This document shows, in pieces, positions 1 to 9,961 of a DNA stretch of 64,000 nt. The stretch comes from Calditrichales bacterium (GTDB lineage Bacteria > Calditrichota > Calditrichia > Calditrichales > J004): the NCBI GenBank assembly GCA_965267575.1, contig OZ254086.1, forward strand, positions 3,360,001 through 3,424,000, in the 5' to 3' direction. Both the position numbers and the translations under genes were made by a program. The notes under the pieces were generated by a model. The model was not told where the DNA came from. It worked only from the letters and a program-made list of their open reading frames with translations, and did no database searches. Position 1 is the first letter of the stretch; each line of letters starts with the position of its first letter.

Positions 1-237
1 ATCTATACCGCCTTTGAAGATTTCAACGCGGTAAGAAACGAACTTGAAAACAAAGGCATTCATATTGATGAATCGCGGTTAACGATGATTCCGCAAAATT
101 ATGTTGACGTCTCCGGATCTGACGCGGAAAAGGTAATGAAGCTCATGGATGTACTGGATGATCATGACGATGTGCAGAACGTATATGCCAACTTCGACAT
201 CGATGAGAAAGAGATGGAACGGATTTTGGAAGATTAA
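1..237 (+). CDS. yebC: YebC/PmpR family protein, C-terminal fragment (5'-truncated)
   Basis: Frame 1 reads ...LTMIPQNYVDV...KLMDVLDDHDDVQNVYANFD...*, the typical YebC C-terminus. Its stop overlaps the ruvC ATG (TAATG). The yebC-ruvCAB order is conserved. Not in the ORF track. Confidence 0.9.
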   Translation: MYTAFEDFNAVRNELENKGIHIDESRLTMIPQNYVDVSGSDAEKVMKLMDVLDDHDDVQNVYANFDIDEKEMERILED

Positions 238-737
238 TGACGGCAATACGCATTCTGGGTATTGATCCCGGGCTTAACCGTACCGGGTACGGCGTAATTG
301 ACGTTGAAGGGGGGAAACCGCGTTTGGTGACCTATGGTGCTGTAAAGACCAGCGCGAAAATGAGTTTGGCTGAGAGGCTCAATCATATTTTTCAATCGTT
401 AAATACAATTATGATGGAATTTCAACCACAGCAGGTTGCGGTTGAAGATTTGTTTTACGCCGAAAACGTAAAAACAGCTATCGTAATGGGCCACGCCCGC
501 GGCGCCATTCTTGTGGCGGCTATGCAGCAGGGCGCGAAGATAGGCGAGTTTTCCCCTCGTGAAGTGAAAATGTCTGTTGTGGGTAATGGTGCGGCTGCCA
601 AAGACCAGGTAAAGTTTATGGTTAGCCGCATGCTCGGTGTTAAGGAAAAAATATCACCGGATGACGCTTCTGATGCACTGGCCGTCGCGCTGTGCCAATG
701 GCATCGCCTGGAGCAGGTGAAAAAAGGGCTGGCTTAA
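237..737 (+). CDS. ruvC: Crossover junction endodeoxyribonuclease RuvC
   Basis: ILGIDPG..TGYGVI, VAVE, GHARG and DDASDALAVA motifs; synteny. Confidence 0.97.
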   Translation: MTAIRILGIDPGLNRTGYGVIDVEGGKPRLVTYGAVKTSAKMSLAERLNHIFQSLNTIMMEFQPQQVAVEDLFYAENVKTAIVMGHARGAILVAAMQQGAKIGEFSPREVKMSVVGNGAAAKDQVKFMVSRMLGVKEKISPDDASDALAVALCQWHRLEQVKKGLA

Positions 738-742
738 ATTAG

Positions 743-1339
743 ATGTTTGATTATTTCAGCGGCGTTATTCAACAGAAAAAGCCCACAGAGGTTGTTCTTG
801 ATGTTCAGGGTGTTGGGTATCTTTTGAGGATTTCCTTATCAACATACAGGCAGCTGCCTGACAAAGGCAGTAAGGTAACGCTGAAAAGCTATCTGCATGT
901 CCGCGAAGACGCGATGCAGCTTTTCGGTTTTTCCGATACGACCGAGCGTGATGTGTTTCTTGGGCTATTGTCCATATCGGGTATCGGGCCAAAGCTGGCA
1001 CAAACCATTTTGTCCGGGCTTACACCGGCAGAGCTGGTTCAGGCCATTCGCCTGAAGGATGAAAAAAAACTGAATGCAATATCGGGGGTTGGTAAAAAGA
1101 CGGCGCAGCGGCTTGTTGTAGAGTTGTCCGATAAATTTGCCACAATAGAAAGCACGCAGGAAGAATTTAAGGCTGTCTCGGCGCCGGTTCTTAATGCCGT
1201 AGAACAGGAAGCTTTGATGGCTCTGCTGACCCTGGGATATAACAGGGGTCAGGCCGAACGGGCCATTGGCAAAGCGCAAAAAAGCGAATCCGTTACGGTT
1301 GTTGAGGATTTATTAAAGAAAGCTCTGCAGGTAATCTGA
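743..1339 (+). CDS. ruvA: Holliday junction branch migration protein RuvA
   Basis: GVGY, HVREDA, HhH motifs SGIGPKLA and [11 protein letters not shown]-terminal ALLTLGY. Confidence 0.97.
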   Translation: MFDYFSGVIQQKKPTEVVLDVQGVGYLLRISLSTYRQLPDKGSKVTLKSYLHVREDAMQLFGFSDTTERDVFLGLLSISGIGPKLAQTILSGLTPAELVQAIRLKDEKKLNAISGVGKKTAQRLVVELSDKFATIESTQEEFKAVSAPVLNAVEQEALMALLTLGYNRGQAERAIGKAQKSESVTVVEDLLKKALQVI

Positions 1340-1340
1340 T

Positions 1341-2363
1341 ATGAATGATATAATCCGTCCTGATCATCAGTTTGAAGATGATGATATTGAGCTGACGCTA
1401 AGGCCGCAGAAACTGGCGGATTTTGTGGGGCAGGAGAAAGTAAAAGACAACCTTGCGGTTTTTATTGAGGCGGCACGGCAGCGCGGTGAAGCATTAGACC
1501 ACGTGCTTTTGTATGGTCCGCCCGGGTTAGGCAAAACAACGCTTTCCAACATTCTCAGCAAGGAGTTGGAGGTTGATATCAAGAGCACGGCGGGTCCCGT
1601 TCTGGAAAGGCCCGGCGATCTGGCAGGATTGCTTACCAACCTGCAGGAAAAGGATGTCTTGTTTATTGACGAAATACACCGGCTTAACAATGTGGTGGAA
1701 GAATATCTTTATTCGGCCATGGAAGATTTTCACATCTCCATTATTATCGATAAGGGGCCCAGCGCGCGCAGCGTTCAATTGAATTTGCCGCCGTTTACGC
1801 TTGTAGGTGCCACTACACGTGCCGGTTTACTGACGGCCCCGATGCGCGCCAGGTTTGGTGTTGTGTTGCGCATGGACTATTACGAAACGAAAGACCTGAT
1901 GCGCATTGTAAAACGGTCGGCACGCATCCTGAATATTGATATTGAGGAAGAAGGGGCCGAGGAGATTGCCAGGCGTTCACGCGGGACACCCCGAATCGCA
2001 AACAGGCTGTTGCGGCGCACACGCGATTTCGCGCAGGTATTGGCAGACAATAAGATCAGCAAAAAGGTGGCCAATGACGCTTTGACCCGTCTGGATGTGG
2101 ACACCCGCGGTCTGGATGAAATGGACAAGCGCATCTTGTTGACGATTATCGAGAAATATGAAGGCGGTCCCGTTGGCTTAAATACGATCGCCGTGGCTGT
2201 AGGTGAGGAGAGTGATACGATTGAAGAGGTTTACGAACCCTACCTGATTCAGCAGGGTTTTATGAAACGTACCTCGCGGGGACGCGCGGTAACCCAGTTG
2301 GCATATGAACATTTTGGTTTAAGAAAAAACAATACGCGGACAGAACAAGGTTCGCTTTTTTAA
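1341..2363 (+). CDS. ruvB: Holliday junction branch migration helicase RuvB
   Basis: LRP..L.DFVGQ, Walker [35 protein letters not shown]. Confidence 0.98.
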   Translation: MNDIIRPDHQFEDDDIELTLRPQKLADFVGQEKVKDNLAVFIEAARQRGEALDHVLLYGPPGLGKTTLSNILSKELEVDIKSTAGPVLERPGDLAGLLTNLQEKDVLFIDEIHRLNNVVEEYLYSAMEDFHISIIIDKGPSARSVQLNLPPFTLVGATTRAGLLTAPMRARFGVVLRMDYYETKDLMRIVKRSARILNIDIEEEGAEEIARRSRGTPRIANRLLRRTRDFAQVLADNKISKKVANDALTRLDVDTRGLDEMDKRILLTIIEKYEGGPVGLNTIAVAVGEESDTIEEVYEPYLIQQGFMKRTSRGRAVTQLAYEHFGLRKNNTRTEQGSLF

Positions 2364-2389
2364 TAAATAAGTCGTTGAGGAGTGGTAAT

Positions 2390-3421
2390 ATGAAGCTATC
2401 CGATATTCAATTTGATGTACCTGATGAGCTGGTTGCGCAATATCCTATAGACAAAAGGGATGAGTCGCGTTTGATGGTGGTTGATACAAAAAAAGACCAC
2501 GTTGAGCACAAGGTTTTTAAGGACATCGTAGATTATCTGAATGAGGGTGACGCAATTGTCGTAAACGCGACAAAGGTTTTTCCGGCACGCGTTTTTGGTG
2601 TGAAGGAAAAAACAGACGCTAAAGTTGAACTGTTGTTGCTGCGTCAACTGGAAGAGACCATGTGGGAAGTATTGGTTAAGCCGGCGCGCAAAGTACGTGT
2701 GGGCAACCGTATTCAAATTACAGAAGACCTGGGCTGCGATGTTATTGATAACACGACCTCGGGCGGGCGTGTTGTAAAGTTTGACTACAATGGCGTTAAC
2801 TTCTTTGAACTGATCGAAAAAGTCGGTCAGTCTCCGCTGCCACCGTATATAAAGCGCGAGCCCGAGGAACTGGATAAGAAAAAGTATCAGACCGTTTACG
2901 CTTCCAAAATCGGTGCAGTGGCCGCTCCGACAGCCGGTCTGCACTTTACGGAAGAGCTGCTTCAGAAAATAGAACGCAAAGGCATTAAGGTGATCCCGCT
3001 GGTATTACACGTGGGTCTTGGGACGTTCCGTCCCATACAGGTGGAAGATTTATCTCGCCACCAGATGGATTCGGAATATTATGAAATACCCGAAGAGTCG
3101 GCAGAGCAGATCAATGAAGTGAAGCGCAACGGTGGTCGTGTTATTGCCGTTGGAACAACAACCGTTCGTGCACTTGAGAGCGTTTCTACTGCCGATAATT
3201 TTGTTAAAGCCGACTCCGGCTGGACAGATAAATTTATCTATCCTCCTTACAGCTTTAAGATTATTGATGCTATGATCACTAATTTCCACGTATCCGGTTC
3301 TACGCTGTTTTTACTGACTTGCGCGCTGGCCGGGCGGGATAAAATGATGGAAGCTTACAAAGAGGCAATCGAGAATAAGTACAGATTCCACAGCTATGGC
3401 GACGCCATGCTGATCTATTAG
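2390..3421 (+). CDS. queA: S-adenosylmethionine:tRNA ribosyltransferase-isomerase
   Basis: PLPPYI, YQTVYA, AAPTAGLHFT, HVGLGTF, VGTTTVRALE, SYGDAML. Start moved to ATG 2390 behind GAGGAG. Confidence 0.96.
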   Translation: MKLSDIQFDVPDELVAQYPIDKRDESRLMVVDTKKDHVEHKVFKDIVDYLNEGDAIVVNATKVFPARVFGVKEKTDAKVELLLLRQLEETMWEVLVKPARKVRVGNRIQITEDLGCDVIDNTTSGGRVVKFDYNGVNFFELIEKVGQSPLPPYIKREPEELDKKKYQTVYASKIGAVAAPTAGLHFTEELLQKIERKGIKVIPLVLHVGLGTFRPIQVEDLSRHQMDSEYYEIPEESAEQINEVKRNGGRVIAVGTTTVRALESVSTADNFVKADSGWTDKFIYPPYSFKIIDAMITNFHVSGSTLFLLTCALAGRDKMMEAYKEAIENKYRFHSYGDAMLIY

Positions 3422-3450
3422 AGCGGGAAAGTCCACGGATCAATTAACGG

Positions 3451-4074
3451 ATGCTGGAATATCTTGAATCATTTATAACTCAGGTTGAGCCGTGGATGGC
3501 CTATCTGATACTGTTCATCAGTGCTTTTGTCGAAAACACTTTTCCGCCCATTCCGGGTGACACAGTTACCGTTTTCGGCGCCTATCTAATAACCACCGGT
3601 AAACTTGGCTTTACCGGTGTTTTGTTATCTACCAGCGCCGGCAGTGTTCTGGGATTTATGACCATGTATTTTGCCGGCCGCCTTTTAGGGCGCGATTTTT
3701 TTAACGAAAAGCGGGCCCGTATCTTTAAAGCCCAGCGCATGGATAAGGTAGAACGCTGGTTTCATAAATATGGCTATGGCGTTATATTGGCCAACCGTTT
3801 TCTTAGCGGAACCCGCAGCGTGATATCGCTTTTTGCCGGTATTTTTCATTTACGCTGGTTTATGGTGTTTTTGCTAAGCAGCGTCAGTGCTGTTATCTGG
3901 AACGGATTGCTGATGTGGGCCGGATATGTTCTGGGTGTGAACTGGGAAAATATAACCGAACTTATAAGCCACTATAACCAGGTAGTTATTGCATTAACAT
4001 TGATCCTGGTTGTGGCCTTTTTTATATACAGAAGAAAGAAAAAGAAGAAGAAAAACGAGAATGTCGCAAGTTAG
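3451..4074 (+). CDS. DedA/VTT family membrane protein
   Basis: ENTFPPIPGD and RFLSGTR motifs, hydrophobic helices, basic C-terminal tail. Confidence 0.9.
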   Translation: MLEYLESFITQVEPWMAYLILFISAFVENTFPPIPGDTVTVFGAYLITTGKLGFTGVLLSTSAGSVLGFMTMYFAGRLLGRDFFNEKRARIFKAQRMDKVERWFHKYGYGVILANRFLSGTRSVISLFAGIFHLRWFMVFLLSSVSAVIWNGLLMWAGYVLGVNWENITELISHYNQVVIALTLILVVAFFIYRRKKKKKKNENVAS

Positions 4075-5515
4075 AGTACGATTCGCTCCGAGCCCGACAG
4101 GCTTTGTACATATAGGAAGTTTACGTACGGCGCTTTACAATTATCTCTTTGCGCAAAAAAATAACGGATCTGTTGTTCTTAGGATTGAGGATACGGACCA
4201 GAAGCGTTTTGTTGAAGGTGCGGTGGATAATATTCTGGATGCCATGAACTGGGCCGGGATTGGCTTTGATGAAAGCCTGCGTCATGGAGGAGAGTATGGA
4301 CCTTATGTACAATCTGAACGGACGGAAATTTACAGGCAACATGTACAAATGCTGCTGGAAAAAGGTGACGCATATCCCTGTTTCTGTTCTGCCGCAACGC
4401 TGGATAAAATGCGTGAAGAGCAGATAGCGCGCGGAGAGGATCCCAGGTACGACGGGCGCTGCCGCAACATTCCAAAAGATGAAGCCACCGCACGGATGGC
4501 GAACGAAGAGCATGTGATTCGCCTGAAAATACCAAAAGGGCGCACCGTCGTTCAGGATATAGTCCGCGGCCGGGTTGAATTTGATAACGATTTGCTTGAT
4601 GACCAGGTATTGATGAAAAGCGACGGCTATCCGACGTACCACCTGGCTAATGTTGTGGATGATCATTTGATGCGCATAAGTCATGTTATCCGGGGAGAAG
4701 AGTGGCTTCCCAGTACGCCAAAGCACGTGATCCTGTATAAGAGCTTTGGCTGGGATATACCGCAGTTTGCACACCTGCCGTTACTGCTCAATCCTGATCG
4801 CTCCAAACTGAGCAAACGCCAGGGAGATGTGGCTGTGGAAGATTATATGCAAAAAGGCTATCTGCCGGAAGCGCTGGTTAATTTTGTAGCGCTGCTGGGC
4901 TGGAATCCCGGTGAAGGAAGCGACCAGGAACTGTTCAGCATGAAGGAACTTGAAGAGCTCTTCTCGCTGGAGCGGGTGAGCAAAGCCGGAGCCGTTTTTG
5001 ACATGAATAAGCTGGACTGGATGAATGGCCACTATCTGCGTGAGTTGCCGCGTGAGCGTCAACTTAAACTGCTTGAGCCGGTTTTTCAAAAAAGCGGAAT
5101 TGATACATCGGATGCAGCTAAAACGGAAAAAATCGTGGAGGCAGTTATACCGCGCATCAACAAAATAAGCGATGCGCCTTTAGTGGCTGCTATATTTGCC
5201 AGCGATGACCTTGAAGTGCAGGAAGATGATGCCCTGGAAATTTTGAAACAGGAGAGCACGCGTACCGTGTTGTCCGAATTTGTCAGCCGGGCAGGTCAGC
5301 TTTCCGAGCTTACGCCGGACTCTTTTAAGGATGTTATGAAAAGCATTCAAAAAGAGAAAGGCATTAAGGGACCGCAGTTGTGGAAACCGGTGCGCGTGGC
5401 TTTGACAGGCAGTCTTTCGGGGCCTGAATTGCCTCTGGTGATCGATATTTTTGGCAAGGACAAGGCAATAAGTTTTGCCCGGCAGGCACTGGAAAAATAT
5501 GTCGGCCTAGCTTAG
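4061..5515 (+). CDS. gltX: Glutamate--tRNA ligase
   Basis: [34 protein letters not shown]. Start moved to ATG 4061 (MSQVRV). Confidence 0.97.
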   Translation: MSQVRVRFAPSPTGFVHIGSLRTALYNYLFAQKNNGSVVLRIEDTDQKRFVEGAVDNILDAMNWAGIGFDESLRHGGEYGPYVQSERTEIYRQHVQMLLEKGDAYPCFCSAATLDKMREEQIARGEDPRYDGRCRNIPKDEATARMANEEHVIRLKIPKGRTVVQDIVRGRVEFDNDLLDDQVLMKSDGYPTYHLANVVDDHLMRISHVIRGEEWLPSTPKHVILYKSFGWDIPQFAHLPLLLNPDRSKLSKRQGDVAVEDYMQKGYLPEALVNFVALLGWNPGEGSDQELFSMKELEELFSLERVSKAGAVFDMNKLDWMNGHYLRELPRERQLKLLEPVFQKSGIDTSDAAKTEKIVEAVIPRINKISDAPLVAAIFASDDLEVQEDDALEILKQESTRTVLSEFVSRAGQLSELTPDSFKDVMKSIQKEKGIKGPQLWKPVRVALTGSLSGPELPLVIDIFGKDKAISFARQALEKYVGLA

Positions 5516-5541
5516 GACCGAAGAAAACGATCAGGAATAAA

Positions 5542-7230
<1,689 letters not shown>

Positions 7231-7231
7231 T

Positions 7232-8224
7232 ATGAAGATTGCTGTATTGCTGGGTGGAGATTCTCCCGAGCGGGATGTATCGCTGGACAGCGGTAAAAAC
7301 ATACTGGAAGCACTCACAGACAAAGGCTATGAATGTTTCGGATTTGATCCGGGGCTGACAATGGAACAGTTGCTGCAATCGCCCGCTGGCAGGCAGCTCT
7401 CCTCCGCTGAATCTTCTTTTTTCAAAGACTCCCCCGATACTTTTTACGCGCGCATGTTTATCCTGGAAACGCTACAGCCAGATCTGGTTTTTAACGCTCT
7501 GCACGGTGGTAAAGGGGAGAACGGCATCGTTCAGGCACTTCTGGAAACCATGAATCTTAAGTATACGGCTTCCGGTCCGGAAGCGTGCATGCTGTCAATG
7601 GACAAGCTGATCTGCAAGCCGCTGTTTGAACAAGCCCATATCCCGATTGCCCGTTCACGTCAGCTTAAGAACAGGGATTCGATTCAGCAAGATGTACATG
7701 ATTTAGGATTGCCGATCGTAATAAAGCCGGCAGATGGCGGGTCCACACTTGGTTTAACCCTTGTCCGCGATCCGCAGGAACTTGAATCAGCTTTTGATCT
7801 GGCCGCACGCTTCGGGCAAAAGGTAATGGCGGAGAGCTACATACGGGGCCGTGAAATCGCCGCAGGTGTATTAAACGATCAGCCTCTGCCGCTTGTACAT
7901 ATACAGCCCAAGCATGAGCTGTACGACTACGAGTGCAAATACACAAGCGGGATGAGCGCCTACACTGTTCCGGCGGACCTCTCTTCCGGGATCACCGAGA
8001 CCATTCAAAAATATGCCGTAGCTGCTTTCAGATGTCTGGGCTGCGAGGATTATGCCCGGGTGGATTTTCTTTTGGATAATAATGACGTGCCGTTTATCCT
8101 TGAGGTGAATACGCTGCCCGGCATGACAAGTACCAGTCTGCTGCCCAAAGCGGCCAAAGCCATGCATATTTCGTTTGAAGATCTTATCGAACGTATTGTA
8201 AAGGATGCATTGAATAATGTCTGA
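7232..8224 (+). CDS. ddl: D-alanine--D-alanine ligase
   Basis: GG.SPERDVSL.SG, LHGGKGENG, YDYECKY, ARVDF, EVNTLPGMT.TSL.P. Confidence 0.95.
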   Translation: MKIAVLLGGDSPERDVSLDSGKNILEALTDKGYECFGFDPGLTMEQLLQSPAGRQLSSAESSFFKDSPDTFYARMFILETLQPDLVFNALHGGKGENGIVQALLETMNLKYTASGPEACMLSMDKLICKPLFEQAHIPIARSRQLKNRDSIQQDVHDLGLPIVIKPADGGSTLGLTLVRDPQELESAFDLAARFGQKVMAESYIRGREIAAGVLNDQPLPLVHIQPKHELYDYECKYTSGMSAYTVPADLSSGITETIQKYAVAAFRCLGCEDYARVDFLLDNNDVPFILEVNTLPGMTSTSLLPKAAKAMHISFEDLIERIVKDALNNV

Positions 8225-9689
8225 AATTAAGAAACACAATTTGCATGTATATAACAGCCTGACCCGACAAAAGGAAAAGTTTGAGCCACTGAAAAAGGGT
8301 TTTGTGGGCGTTTATGTATGCGGGCCCACGGTTTATGGCGATTCGCATCTTGGCCACGCCAAAAGCTACATCAGTTTCGATGTCATAGTTCGTTATTTGC
8401 GCTATCTGGGTTACCATGTGCGCTATGTACAAAATATTACCGATGTGGGACATCTGCAGAGTGATGCCGATGAGGGTGAAGATAAAATTGCCGCCCAGGC
8501 CCGTCGCGAAAAGCTGGAACCCATGGAAGTCGTAGAGCGCTATACGCGAAGCTATTTTGAAGATATGGACGCTCTAAGCGTGTTGCGGCCCGACATTTCA
8601 CCGCGTGCATCCGGGCATATCCCCGAACAAATAGCCATGATCGAAGAGTTGATCGAAAAGGGTTTTGCATATGAAGTGAACGGTAATGTCTACTTTTCAG
8701 TTGAGAAGTTTAAAGATTACGGTAAGCTTTCCGGACGTTCTCTGGATGATGTAAAAAGCGGCACACGCGTAGAAGCAGCCTCAGACAAGCATAACGCCGC
8801 CGATTTCGCGCTCTGGAAAAGCGCCGATCCGTCCCATATTATGCGCTGGAAAAGTCCCTGGGGATGGGGTTATCCCGGCTGGCATGTAGAGTGTTCTGTA
8901 ATGTCGACTAAATATCTTGGCGAAACATTTGATATTCACGGCGGCGGAATGGAAAACAAATTTCCGCACCACGAATGTGAAATCGCCCAAAGCGAAGCCA
9001 CCTTTGAAAAGCCCTTTGCCCGCTACTGGCTGCACAATAATATGGTAACGGTAGATGGCGTTAAGATGGGAAAGTCGCTTGGAAATTTTATAACAATTAA
9101 AGATGCGCTGGAGAATCATTCTGCGCTTGCGATCCGCTTTTTTATTCTGAGCAGCCATTATGGCTCAACTCTCGATTTCTCCGAAGAGGCTATTGGCGGT
9201 GCGGCCAAGGGTCTGAAAAAAATACATGAGACGATGAGCAGACTGCGTGATGCTTCAGCGGGAGAAAAAGGAGCGGACAAAGCTTTTGAAGAGGAAATCG
9301 CCACTTATCGTGAAAGCTTTGGCAATGCCATGGATGAAGACTTTAATAGCCCTAAAGCCATTGCCGCGGTTTTTGATTTTGCAAAAAGAATTAATGCCCG
9401 TTTGGATCTGGATGCCGCTATCCCGCAAAATACATATGATAGCCTGATGACCGCCCTCAATGAAACGCTGGGCGATGTTCTTGCTATTTTACCGGGAGAA
9501 GAAAACCAGCAGCAGGGCGGAGCAGATTCGGAGCTGCTTGAGGGTGCTTTAAAGCTGCTGATTGATTTACGCAATAAGGCGCGCAAGGAACGCAACTTCG
9601 CTTTCGCCGACGAAATTCGGGACCGGCTAATTGCTCTGGATGTAGAAATAAAAGATACGCCTCAGGGCACGGAGTGGAAAAGAAAGTAA
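8217..9689 (+). CDS. cysS: Cysteine--tRNA ligase
   Basis: YVCGPTVY..HLGH, DFALWK, PGWHVECS, HGGG, KMGKS, ADEIRD.L. Confidence 0.97.
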   Translation: MSEIKKHNLHVYNSLTRQKEKFEPLKKGFVGVYVCGPTVYGDSHLGHAKSYISFDVIVRYLRYLGYHVRYVQNITDVGHLQSDADEGEDKIAAQARREKLEPMEVVERYTRSYFEDMDALSVLRPDISPRASGHIPEQIAMIEELIEKGFAYEVNGNVYFSVEKFKDYGKLSGRSLDDVKSGTRVEAASDKHNAADFALWKSADPSHIMRWKSPWGWGYPGWHVECSVMSTKYLGETFDIHGGGMENKFPHHECEIAQSEATFEKPFARYWLHNNMVTVDGVKMGKSLGNFITIKDALENHSALAIRFFILSSHYGSTLDFSEEAIGGAAKGLKKIHETMSRLRDASAGEKGADKAFEEEIATYRESFGNAMDEDFNSPKAIAAVFDFAKRINARLDLDAAIPQNTYDSLMTALNETLGDVLAILPGEENQQQGGADSELLEGALKLLIDLRNKARKERNFAFADEIRDRLIALDVEIKDTPQGTEWKRK

Positions 9690-9690
9690 T

Positions 9691-9711
9691 ACCGACGGAT
9701 TGGTTTTTTTT
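9691..9711 (+). terminator. Likely intrinsic terminator of the cysS operon
   Basis: ACCGA-CGGA-TTGGT short stem followed by a T-run directly after the cysS stop. Confidence 0.5.
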
Positions 9712-9814
9712 CAACATGATGTGTTGAAAAATTGTACAAGTTATTCTGTCTACAGCAATTAGAAATTTAATCTAAGTGCATTAAAAACAATATCTTGCAC
9801 GAATTCTAAAAAAA

Positions 9815-9831
9815 CTGGCATGCTATATGCA
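9815..9831 (+). promoter_or_regulatory. Sigma54 (RpoN) -24/-12 promoter
   Basis: CTGGCATGCTATATGCA: GG at 9817-18 and GC at 9829-30 are separated by exactly 10 nt, matching TGGCAC-N5-TTGCW. Confidence 0.7.
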
Positions 9832-9841
9832 ATATCTTGAG

Positions 9842-9961
9842 GTGAGTTAGGTCGTTGGTTGAGAGAGAAAAAATTCAACATCTACTCCTTTAAGAAAGTG
9901 AGTTTAACAAGAGCCTCCATACCTCCCCTCCTTTAAGGAATGAATTTTTTCTCTCTTTTTT
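9842..9961 (+). ncRNA. Putative sigma54-dependent small RNA with anti-SD (CUCC/CUCCUU) motifs
   Basis: Starts ~12 nt after the -12 element. Perfect 15-bp stem 9863-9877/9941-9955 followed by a T-run. The loop contains CTCCTTTAAG twice plus further CCTCC motifs. No plausible plus-strand ORF. Confidence 0.55.

Noticed and set aside
4030..4060. Purine-only A/G tract
   Set aside because: It encodes the Lys/Arg tail of DedA; not a separate repeat or phase-variation tract.
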